Assembly (NCBI RefSeq): GCF_037042905.1
Contig: NC_087250.1
Coordinates: 27,096,001-27,160,000 of the forward strand
Reading direction: 5' to 3'
Length of the DNA: 64,000 bases
From: Lytechinus pictus
Taxonomy: Eukaryota
Shown here in pieces: positions 24,804 to 36,999 of this stretch; position 1 is the stretch's first letter; the number at the start of each line of letters is the position of its first letter. A program made the translations under genes and the position numbers. The notes beneath the pieces were generated by a model, which saw only the letters and a program-made list of their open reading frames with translations, was not told the DNA's origin and ran no database searches.

Positions 24804-25409
24804 TACAATACATTGTGCTCACTCAACGATTTGATTTTATTTGATTTTATTTTATTTCAGCATTTTTCCAACAGAAATAATTAACAAACATAATGTACAA
24901 CATAAAGAAAAAAATAGTGATACATTTCTTTTTACAAAAAAAAATACAAATAATCATTCATTTGCAAAAATGTATATAGATAGTATTAGTTTGCAATATT
25001 ATAAGTTGTACTTTGTTGAGTAGACAAAAAAGAAATGCTGGAGACCGCTACCATAAGCAGTGCTTGACTAGGGTAGCGGCCTCAAAACGATGAACATACG
25101 ATATCAAAATTGTGTGTGGAGTGGCTAAATGATGGAAAGTAAAACAGCATAACACCATAAAATTCACCTAAAAACAACCTTTGCCCAACTTTGTATTTGC
25201 ACAATCTGAAAAACGACTCTTGTGACTTTCAAAAATTGTAATTTCTAATTCAATCTTTAATTACTCATGCATGACTCAACCGATCAATCTAATTTTTCTC
25301 CAGGAGTTGCTTAGTGAGTGTAAAAAATTAACCTACAAAATATCATATCTCAAAATAATTCCATTCAAAAGTAATTTTATTTAGGGGGGACTTACTTTTT
25401 TGTGTATAT

Positions 25410-25950
25410 ATATTTGGAAGCCTATCTTTCTACAACCTCTTTTTTTTTATTGTAAGGTCTCCACTGTTATCCATTTCGTAGTGAACCTTATGCTAAACCC
25501 TACTTAATTTGATCTTGGAAGGCTATGTTTGAGAATAACTAATAGGCTATATGCTATTTGTTGTAAAGTGTACCAAATACATTCGATTCGATTTAATACA
25601 CCCTGTACATATATGATCCATTCTGTTTCATTTGCCAATACAAGTGTTACTACGAATACACCAGCCATTACAATACGCCATTGCTATACTAAAAACCACA
25701 ATGAACTTGTACTTGCATAGTTGTGGAAAGATGACAATCGTAATAATATATAACATTTGACACTTTATTTGATTTATGCACTGATCCATGATGTGGAAAA
25801 TCCCAAATGTATTGAAACACAAACTGAACGGTTAACTCAGTTGCACATTGAATTCGCATTCAATCACACAGTGTGCAGAGATTGTTAGCTGAAATAGGGT
25901 GTATACTTGAACTTATCGGTAAGTATAAAGCTAGTTTTTCTGAGGATATA
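25410..25950 (+). promoter_or_regulatory. Putative promoter and short non-coding first exon, copy 2
   Basis: GGAAAATCCC at 25795, TCAGTT at 25837, donor ATCG/GTAAGT at 25919; homologous to 9375-9905. Confidence 0.5.
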
Positions 25951-28026
25951 GGGAAAAATAATGACTTTGAAAACTAACTCGATAAATACATTATAATGAG
26001 TGATCCACTTTAGTTTAATCATGGCTATTGTTTTGGACATGTGCTTAGAAATTATTGTCCTAACGAGTCTTTCTGATAAATTCCCTTTTAATGACGCCAT
26101 CTAGTACGTCTCATTTCAATGCTTTTTCAAGAAATAGGAGAAAAAATAAAGGACATTTTAATATTAGAAACGAAAATGTTATGTTCTTGTTTGTCTTTTT
26201 CCCTGTTTATATTTCATAATGATATAATGATGTTCATTTCAAGATTTCAAAAATCACATGTTCAGACACCCCCCCCCCCCCCCATGTCTAGGGTTGCACT
26301 TTGTGAATAAGATAATTCAACCTGGTCACACGTCGTTTTATTTTCGTTTTCAGATCCTTTAATTTTACTTCTCTCTCCCAATTTTCTTTCTTTAGTCATG
26401 TTCGTTGTGTTGTAGAACAATAGAGTGGACTCTTTGACGTCGAAATAAGGTTACCAGACTAACGAAGGGAGTGGGAAAGGTAGCGATAAATGGAAGCGAG
26501 GGGAGGGGGCACGCACTCCTAAATTTTTGATAAGTGGGGCAGTTACCCCCTTAAAAGGAAGAGGGAAAGAAAGAAAGAAAAAAAGAAAAGAAAAGAAAAA
26601 TTTGAAAATAAGAAAAAGATGAATATCACATGTTTACTAAAACTAATAATACCAAAATAGCAGTTTTGACAAAGGAAAATACTTAAAATTTAAAGCAAAA
26701 TAATCATACAATCAAAAATAAAAAGTTTGTTTTCCGCACCAAAATGAAGGTGTTTGGATCAAACATGTACATCACCCCCATATAAATTTTGGAGGTGATT
26801 TATAACCCCCGCTTACAAAGGACATGTGCATCGGTGTTTCCACAGATCCAAAACAAACTTCTCGAATTTATAGACATTTCCTAGAATTTTTAGTTTGATT
26901 TTAACAAAAATCGTACAAAAATGTAGCCAGCCGAAACTTGGTCAAAGTGACCAAAATTAAGGAATTAAAACCCTTTTATTCACGCCCTTTTTTTTAAAGA
27001 TTAACAAAATTACGAAATGCGAGCGCAGAGCGCGAGCAGACAATTTTCAGCAAACAATTTTAAAAATATAACATGAATGTTGATAGTAGCTATGTTTAAT
27101 TATTGTTTACTTGTAATCTTTGGATTTCCCGAAATTTCCTGCATGGATTTGTTTCATTCGGAACCTTTCCCGGAAAAGGTAAAATTTCCCGAAATTTTCG
27201 GAATTTCGGGAGGAGTGGAAACACTGATGTGCATCACGGGAATATCTATAATATGTAACCCTTCATAATGCAATGTTATAAGGGGTTATAAGTAATATCA
27301 CGAACATGCTATTGAAATGAAAATGAAGGATTTTAATATAAAATCGAGAAACTTTTCAAATTCAACTCTTTGCGTTTACTCGCATTTCTCTATTTTATTC
27401 CTAAACTTTATATGCCCTGTCGCCGAACCCTGCATGTGTCTTTCCACATTTTTTCAATCGGACTAAAGTGACATTTTTAGATTGGTGACTTCATTTTTTT
27501 TTTACAAAACACCATCTGGACGTCTCAGGATTCTGGAGTTTCTTGGGGCTTTGCTATCTATGCTTAGAGAAAGGTGAAATAGAGAGGAACGATAAGAAAG
27601 GATATAAGAAGAAGAAAAGTGAATGAAATAAGAAAAGAGGAACGATTTGAAAACAGAAAAAGTAGAAATCATTATACAAAAAAATCAATCGCGAATATAC
27701 TTTAAAAAAATTAGCTTGCGTTTTACATGCGCTCTTATCATTATTTAGGAAAATATGCAGCAATATTCCAAAACAGTTTATACAATGTTTCGTATTAAGA
27801 TCTTAATTTCAACAAATATCAGCTCGCTTGGCGTATATACTTTATATTTACCATAATACCGTATTTGATTAGAATGACCCGATTCAGCTCTTCATGTCAA
27901 AATATTAATAATTTTCAACTCGTGCTTCGTGCTCCGCGCTCGCACCATTCTGTTGTATAATCAATGCAATTAAATAAGTTTGAATTTCGGGTTTTCAGTC
28001 ATTTTTTCCAAGCAATGTGCTTATAA

Positions 28027-30711
28027 TAGTAGACCGGCCAAAAGTCAAAAAGTGCTCTAGATAAGGATTCGACGGCAAAATTTGTTAAAGCTTGGCGTCC
28101 CAGCTAAAAGTCTTGCAAAAATACCCAGGAATAGCGTACGCCCGGAAGCCAAGCGCAATTTTGCGTGAAAGTGTCATTTTAGCGTAAAAAATGAAAGAAT
28201 GTCGAAAATCACGCATTTTTTTATTTTGACGGATTATCATCATGTTTTTGATTATCTTTGATATGCAATTATTTTTATTCAGAGTTTCATTTTATAAGTC
28301 TCATAAATATGCATTTCAAATTTGAATCTTACACACACACATATGGCACAGGAAAACATAAAACTGCGATTTCCTCCAAATAAAAGTTTGTGAAAACTAT
28401 CAATAGTTCAAAGTTTCTTACGCAAATTAAATTCTTCGATTTAAAAGCGTTTCTCAATCGAATATATAGTAAATGTCCTAATGCCACAAAAATTAAAAGA
28501 ATTTTCAAGTAAGATGGAATATATCTCATTTTATGTTATCCGAAAGGAGACAATGTGCATTTTACCAGGCGCGCATTTTGAAAGAAAAATTGAAAATACC
28601 GTACATTATGTACATAATTACATGTATAAGTACATACTAAAGCGAGTTTTTAATTACATGTATAAGTACATACTAAAGCGAGTTTTTAATTACATGTATA
28701 AGTACATACTAAAGCGAGTTTTTAATTACATGTATAAGTACATACTAAAGCGAGTTTTTAATTGAATAGCACAATTTGTCAATTATTTGCATCCCAGCTC
28801 AAATTCTTGCGGAAATACTGAAAAATAACGTACGGGCGGATGCCAAGTGCACTTTTGCGTGAAAGCATCATTTTTTGCGTGAAATCTGAAAGACTGTCGA
28901 AAATCACGCATTTTGATATTTTGACGGATTATCATCATGTTTTTTTTATTATCTTTGATATGGAATTATTTTTATTCAGAGTTTTAAATTATAAATCTAC
29001 TAAATATGCATTTCAATTTGGAATATTACACACACATATATGGCAATATGACATGAAAAATCGTGATTTACTCAAAATAGAAGTTTGTGAACACTATCAA
29101 TAGTTCTAAGTTTTTTTACAAGTTATTTTCTTCGATTTAAACTGGTTCATCTATTGAATATCGATCGTTTCTAATGTCACAAATTTTAAAAGATTTTAAA
29201 GTAAGATGGAAGAAATATTTTGCGAAAGGGGGCATGCAAAATTTAGCGGGGGGGGGGGGGCATTTTGAATGTGAAATTGAAGATACTGTAAATTATTAAC
29301 ATAATTACATGAATAAGTACATACTTAAAACGAGTTACAAAATTTCTGGCCGCATCTGCCTCTTCCATCTGACGGTTTGCCCCCCCCCCCTTTGGAAAAT
29401 CCTAGGTACGCTACTTTTTCTATGATTTTGGATATAGATATTCCTACAAAATTAATATTACCATGGTAACGGCAAATTAAATATAAGACCTATTTATGAA
29501 TATCGCCACAGGTAGATTTACGTTAAGCACCAATTAATTCGCGAAAATAGCAAGAAGATCGAACTCTACAAAAGTAAACATAATCCTATATACTATCATG
29601 ACGAGTATCGCACTGATTAATATTAGTATGTGCAATATAGATGTAATATTGTGCGCTGTTTGTATTTTATCAGAAATGCGCATCCGATAAATGTACATTG
29701 TTATCTTTCGCATATATAACATAAAATTATATATCTTGCATCTTATTTCAACATTTGTTTTCACTATATGTGCCATGACAACAATTATTATGTATTTATT
29801 CGGTAAGCGCTAAAATTGACGAAATTGATATGCGGAACACAAACATTATACTATTGATAGTTTTCACAAACTATTATTTTTAGTAAATCACGATTTTATA
29901 TTTCATATTGCCATATATGTGTGTGTAATATTCCAAATTGAAATGCATATTTACTAGACTTATAATTTAAAACTCTGAATAAAAATAATTCTATATCAAA
30001 GATAATCAAAAATATGATGATAATCCGTCAAAATATCAAAATGCGTGATTTTCGACATTCTTTCAGATTTCACGCAAAAAATTATACTTTCACGCAAAAG
30101 TGCACTTGGCATCCGCCCGTACGTTATTCCTCAGTATTTCCGCAAGAATTTGAGCTGGGATGCAAATAATTGACAAATTGTGCTATTCAATTAAAAACTC
30201 GCTTTAGTATGTACTTATACATGTAATTAAAAACTCGCTTTAGTATGTACTTATACATGTAATTATGTACATAATGTACGGTATTTTCAATTTTTCTTTC
30301 AAAATGCGCGCCTGGTAAAATGCACATTGTCTCCTTTCGGATAACATAAAATGAGATATCTTTTATCTTACTTGAAAATTCTTTTAATATTTGTGGCATT
30401 AGGACATTTACTATACATTCGATTGAGAAACGCTTTTAAATCGAAGAATTTAAGTTGCGTAAGAAACTTTAAACTATTGATAGTTTTCACAAACTTTTAT
30501 TTGGATGAAATCGCGGTTTTATGTTTCCCTGTGCCATATGTGTGTGTGTGTAAGATTCAAATTTGAAATGCATATTTATGAGACTTATAAAATGAAACTC
30601 TGAATAAAAATAATTGCATATCAAAGATAATCAAAAACATGATGATAATCCGTCAAAATAAAAAAATGCGTGATTTTTCGACATTCTTTCAGATTTTACG
30701 CTAAAAATGAC
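28027..30711. mobile_element. Foldback element with TAGTAGA left end, right end truncated
   Basis: ~28165-29105 is the reverse complement of ~29850-30711. Arms are built of ~690 bp diverged units and a 36 bp tandem repeat. Confidence 0.75.
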
Positions 30712-31420
30712 GGTCTTGAATAAATGAAATGTTATAATCATGTTACTGCACAATTAAAAATGAATGTCCTGCATTATGTTCATTTTTCGAGCGATATAGG
30801 AAGAGTCTTACGTAATGCCAAGTAATTTGCATACCCACATAAACTATACGAAACGTTCACGCATGGGATAAAGCCATCCTTCCCTCAGCTAGCCATGGTC
30901 CATGCCTCAGCTCACGACACACGCAGAGCTCGAGAGACCACATGTTCTTATTCTATTCCCAAGTACATGTATGATGTTCTGGATCGCACATATTTTATTC
31001 TCGTGCTACACTTTCGCTTTATCTTCATGTAATATTAAAGTACATCGCCCCAAATTTGCCACGTTACTACCATCCCGGCGAGGAGTCAGTAAGTCTGCAT
31101 TTTTCTTATCTTAGATGGTCTGTACGTATCTTTCGTTGCGCTATCAGAATAGGTTTTTCTCCTTTCATACTACTTTCTCTGCTTCGACTAGAACCGTCAA
31201 GGCACTATAGAAACGAGCCAGCAGAGAACATGCGCTACATGTAATGTTTACAATTCTCAGTGCATGCCGGCCGGCGCGTTTCCGTTTTACACCCTGGCGA
31301 AGGCATTTTCCGCAAAAATAGCCACAAAGCGACTAGTGAAGAGTCTACACACGTCGCTGGTTGCAGCGTGCGACACAGGCGAGTCCCACACCACTGCATG
31401 CAATCAGCACAGTTACTGAT

Positions 31421-31557
31421 GGGGACCGTTTCACCAACATTTTTGTCTGACAAGTTGTCAGATCTGACATCTTTCCTTGATTCTGATTGGCTGAGAGGCA
31501 CTGTTACTATAGTAACTGTCGGATGAAACGTCCGACAAGTCCTTTCATGAAACGCTA
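31421..31557. mobile_element. Short MITE-like element
   Basis: CGTTTCA...TGAAACG ends and internal TTGTCTGAC/GTCCGACAA inverted match. Confidence 0.5.
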
Positions 31558-31784
31558 GAGCATAGAGTTCCTCGGCACTTCATGTACAGAGAGCAGTCAT
31601 ATGAGTGAAATCCGAACATGCTTTTGCAGTTACGTTTTTAATGAAAAGTACTGAAAAAAGTTTTTTTTTCTAAATATAAATCATTAACTAAATGAATAGA
31701 ATGACAGACAAAATAAAAATAAACAGATACATATAACAGAAAGAAAATTGAAGTTTGATGGATTGATACACTTAGATGCCAAAA

Positions 31785-31818
31785 GATAGATATAGAAGAC
31801 TGATAGATAGATAGAGAC

Positions 31819-31872
<54 letters not shown>

Positions 31873-32242
31873 CGAAGTAGAGAGAGAGAAAAAGACAGAG
31901 AGATGGATAGATAGATAGAGAGAGAGGGGGAGAGATAGAGAATTTGAGAGATAGATATATGTTAGATAGATAAAGAATGAGAGAGACAGAGAAGAGCGAC
32001 AAATTAACAGATAGATAGATACTGCAGTTACATATAGATAGATAGATAGAAGATAGATTGATAGAGAGAACTAGAGAAAGACTATGAATAGATAGAGAGA
32101 GAGAGATAATTTGAGAGGGAGAGAGAGAATTTGAGAGACAGACAGACAGATGGATATAGAGAATTCGAGGGATAGATAGACGGATAGAGAGAAATAGAGA
32201 GAGAGAGAAAAGGACAGACAGATGGATAGATAGAGAGAATTT

Positions 32243-32278
<36 letters not shown>
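31785..32278. repeat. (GATA)n / (GA)n / (TA)n microsatellite complex
   Basis: Direct reading. Confidence 0.9.
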
Positions 32279-32282
<4 letters not shown>

Positions 32283-32436
32283 CCTTTGTTACACATTTAC
32301 TTTGTTATTTCGACCTTATTTGTATGGTTTGTTCTGTTTGTTTCAATGCATTATAGGCCTGATGAAGGCCCCATTGGCCGAAAGCTTGTAATAAAGAGAT
32401 ACATGGAAGCTACGTCTTGCGTTGAATTATTTACAA

Positions 32437-32437
<1 letters not shown>
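32279..32437 (+). mobile_element. Probable Penelope-like terminal remnant carrying a hammerhead ribozyme-like core
   Basis: ~160 bp between two (TA)n runs; CTGATGA-A-GGCC-ccatt-GGCC-GAAA-GCTT at 32359-32387, then AATAAA. Confidence 0.6.
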
Positions 32438-32483
<46 letters not shown>

Positions 32484-35400
32484 TATTGCAATAAAAACTA
32501 TCAAAATACAATCACAAGCAGTCAAAGACTTAAATAAGTGAATGTTTACATACAAATAGAATCATAACCAAATATAAAGTAAAAATTATTAATAAATATC
32601 AAATACAATACAAATTCATACAGATGAAAAAAAAAGTACTACAAAGTGTCACCAAAGAAGAAAAAAGCGGTATGAAAGATTAAGAAGAAAGAGGAGAGAG
32701 AAGAGGAAAGAGGTGAGAGAATTAAGGGAAAAAAATCTGGATAAGACAAAGAGAAGGGAAAGCAAGAGGTGGAATTTGAAAGAGAATAGGATGCAATCTT
32801 CAGAAAAAAAACTCTTTATGCAATACAAGACATTTAACAATGGTCACAAGTAAATAAAGTAGTAATTGAATCGAATCGAGCACAAAAAAGGGAAAAGTAG
32901 AGCTGAGGAAATGTGTTGATATTGCACATGAGTAGATAAATAGATGGAGAGAAATAAAAGAGAGACAGATGGATAGATAGAGAATTTGAGAGACAGAGTA
33001 GATAGACAAATTGACAGATAGAAATATCATGTAGTTCCATAGATTGATTTATAACATAGATAGTGGATAGACAGATATGATAGATATAAGGATAGATATA
33101 ATATGAAAAAAAAGTAATTATGTGTTTTATTTTTCAATATTTTAGCTATTATTCGTTTTCATTCATATAAACGATCATGTGTGATAAAGTAAAACAAAAT
33201 CATGGAGCCAACGTAGTTCAGCGGAACAACCAAAATACAGAGACTGAAGCTTTTGGTCTATAAGCTCAGCTGCATTTGCACGTATGTTCTGCGGATATCT
33301 TCGGTGGGGACTTTTGGATCGCGCGCCCAGCTGATTATGTAAACAAACGTAGACGTAGACTCTTCACTAGTCGCTTTGTGGCAATTTTTCCGGAAAATGC
33401 CTTCGCCAGGGTGTAAAACGGAAACGCGCTATCGGCCGGAGCGGCCTTGCCCCCATTCACTGTTGGTTGATTGACAGTTCTCGCTTGCGTGTCCGTTACG
33501 ATCTCAACGCAGAGGGAGGCATACAATTTTATTTTCAAATCGGGAAGTCACAGTAATTTGGGAGATCGTCTAGTAGACGGGTTCCAATATAATCACATTT
33601 TCCCACCTACTAACAACTTTTCATTAAAAATATAGATGACTTCCAGGGTTTCTTAGAACAAATACATAAACTCAGAAACATAATTCATCTTAATTTGAGA
33701 TTTTTTTAAATCAGCTTCTCACAATGTTAAACGATCCCTTTAAGTACTTTCAAATTCCAATTGAGCAAGCCAGAAAGCGATCCCAACATTTGGAAATGGG
33801 GACTGGATAGTGCAATGCATGTGTGTAGTGGGATGCAACTAAGTGATGAGAAGGAGACAATGATATGGGAGAAAGAAATAAAAGAAATCATGACATGAAA
33901 TGAAAACATAAATAGAGCATGTTAGAGATAATCATGATAATAGAACAAAATTGTGAAATGACGATGGTTAACCCCTGCTTGTGTATAGATAATGCTATTT
34001 TAGAGATTCCCTTATATGGTATTTACGAATTTCCGCAAGATTTTGGTAGGAACCTTCTTAAACATAATAATTATATACAAAGAACCATAAATAGAGATTA
34101 GATAGGTATGATATAAAATTAAGTTTGGGGAAGCGTGATTTGAATCACAATGAAAATACACATTTGTTTGTATTTGGAAGGGGGGGGGGGGTTATTTACA
34201 AGAGCCTCTGTCATTAAACTATTCAAGGGTCAAATGATCGTACATATTTCATTCCATTAGATTCTAACTAGACATGCTGCCACTCAATGAGACGGAATAA
34301 ATTAATAATAATTAACGTTGTAGAAGCAGAGTAGAACATTTCTTTTAGATTATTCCTGAATATATTATGCAAAGTGTTCACAAGTGAATTCTTGACAAGC
34401 AAATGCAGTATTTTTATGGCTCAATTTGAGCCTGAGATAGATTTGTTATGGCTCAATGCAGTATTTGTTATGTATTAATCCATCCAAGCCATCAAGACAG
34501 ACACCTACTCCAGATAATCTTGGGTATTTCGTTAGAGTCTGTTGACTGGTCACCTATTTATAACAATAATGATGCAAACATGTGCTTCAATAACTTTCTG
34601 AATATTTTTATTAGGGAATTAGATAAGCATATTCCAAAAGTAAAAGATAGACAAACTAACTACAAAAAATCACCGAGATTTCCTTGGATATCTAAAGCAC
34701 TTTTGCGTTCAATTAATAACAACAAAAAAATTATATTATAATTCAAAATTTAAAGGCACTCTTCAGGCAAAAACTAAATACACCACACATACGAATACTT
34801 TAACTAAGGCAATACGTTTGGAAAAGAAAAGAAATTTCACTGGTCAAATAATTCTGTATAAGCACGACATTCAAAATACATGGCAAGTTCTCAAACAAGC
34901 CATGAATCTATCCTAATAAGTCCGATATAACTTCAATCATGGAGCTATTAGGTAAAAGCTCTATGCTTCAATTAGGTCTAACGGTGATATTATTGGAGAT
35001 CCTGAAAATATAGCTAATATTTGTAATGATTATTGTTCATCTATAGGAACGAACCTTGCGAGAGAAATCCCCCCTTCAACAAAACATTTTCATGTTTATC
35101 TAGGTACACCTAATTCTAGTTCAATATTTTTCACTCCCGTAGTCCAAAAAAGATATTACTGATTAAATTTAATTTTAATAATAAAAAAGTCCTGGTTATA
35201 ATGATGTCAATAACTTTATTTTAAAAGGTATAATATCTGAAATTGTCGATCCTTTGACATATTTTTAACATTTCTCTAACCTCCGGGCAAGTCCCTGATC
35301 GCATGAAAGTTGTCAAGGTCATTCCATTGTACAAAAAGGGTGACAAGTTAAGTATCAGTAACAATCGCCCTATTTCTTTTGAATCATTCTTGTCCAAAAT

Positions 35401-35879
35401 TTTAGAAAAAAAGTGGTTTATAGTAAAATAATTGATTTGTTAACATCTCACAATATTTTTTCTAACTTTCAGTTTGGATTTAGAGAAAAACATAACACAG
35501 AACATGCATTATTGAATTTCGTTGATAAAGTGGCCCACGCTTTTGATAATTGCTCACATCTAGTTGGCATTTTTCTGGACTTCTCCAAGGCCTTCGACAC
35601 CATTAACCATGATATCTTATTACATAAACTTTCTCATTATGGGGTGCGCGGGAAGGCCTTGGAGTGGTTCAGAAGCTACTTGTCCGACAGACGTCAATTT
35701 GTATATTTGAATGGTCATGCATCCAACATGCAATACATTAATTGTGGATTCCCGCAAGGCAGTTTGTTAGGCTCTTTATCATTTATCATTTATATTAATG
35801 ACTTTTGTAAATCATCTGATGTCCTTTCGTTCATACTTTTTGCAGACGATTCTGATATATTTTATTCCCATAAAAATCC

Positions 35880-36389
35880 GGTTACACTTCGTAATTCCGA
35901 AGGTTCTTTATTCCGAAGGTTCGTAATTCCGAAACACATAAATTGCCTATACCTCGATGTTCGTTAATCCGAAAACGAAAAAGGGTTCGTTAATCCGAAC
36001 ATTTGTGGCGTAATTCCGAAGGTTCGTTAATCCGAAAAGGAAATGAGAGTCGTAATTCCGAAGGTTCGTTAGTCCGAAAACGAAATGAGGTTCGTAATTC
36101 CGAAGGTTCGTTAATCCGAAAACAAAATGAGGCTCGTAATTCCGAAGGTTCGTTAGTCCGAAAACGAAATGAACAACGAACCTCATTTCGTTTTCGGATA
36201 AACGAACCTTCGGAACAACGAACTTTATATCGCTTTCGGATTAACGAACCTTCGGAACAACGAACCTCATTTCGTTTTCGGATTGTCGAACTTTCGGAAC
36301 AACGAACTTTATTTCGCTTTCGGATTAACGAACCTTCGGAATATCCGAACCTTTGGAATAACGAAGCTTCGGAATTACGAATGTATACG
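35880..36389. mobile_element. Palindromic MITE built of TTCCGAAGGTTCGTTAATCCGAA subrepeats
   Basis: Subrepeats flip orientation near 36170; AAAAATCC duplicated at 35872 and 36390; removal restores the LINE frame HKNP-YTLV. Confidence 0.88.
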
Positions 36390-36467
36390 AAAAATCCATA
36401 TACCTTAGTAAATACTGTTAATAATGAACTTTTAAAAATCACACAATGGATAAAATCCAACAAACTA

Positions 36468-36974
36468 CGAACGTACAATAAATGCTGCACATTATTCAAA
36501 ATCCATGTCATTTTCACCAAAATTTGCAGAGTTGTAGAGGAAGGTATACCTAAGAGGTACAAACATTAAAAAATAGGGGTTCATGTGCTTGTTTTTAAAC
36601 TATCAGCATTTTTATTAGAGCAAATGTGCTTTTTAAAACACCAAAAATGCGCCGAATGCTTTGTATCTATGTGAAGAAAAAATCAAAACCACTCTACCAT
36701 TTATTCGAACTCGGGGTAATATTCGTGATTCTTTGCAGCACTGCAGAGTAAAGTATTTTTAAATCGTAGAGAATTTGTTTTTGAATGGTCCATGGAATAA
36801 TGCCATTTTTAGCTTCATGAAATAACGCATCGGATATGCAGTTAAAGTGCAGGAGATGAGAAAAATCAGCTCATACCTGGAACTAATTAATCACCTGTTC
36901 ATCCATTGTGACGTCAGCGCGCAGAGTGTAAACTATGCGCAGATCATAATGCGCACAAACATAACTGTGCAACG
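36468..36974. mobile_element. Unclassified ~500 bp insertion in the LINE
   Basis: Interrupts the LINE between SNKL and (S)LNLL; only weak terminal inverted similarity. Confidence 0.5.
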
Positions 36975-36999
36975 TCCTTAATCTACTTACAACTAGATA

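Noticed and set aside
28481..28765. ORF with YMYKYILKRVFN repeats
   Set aside because: Translation of a 36 bp tandem repeat inside a foldback arm.
35947..36569. 188-190 aa ORFs on both strands with NEPSE/SEGS repeats
   Set aside because: Translation of a palindromic MITE.
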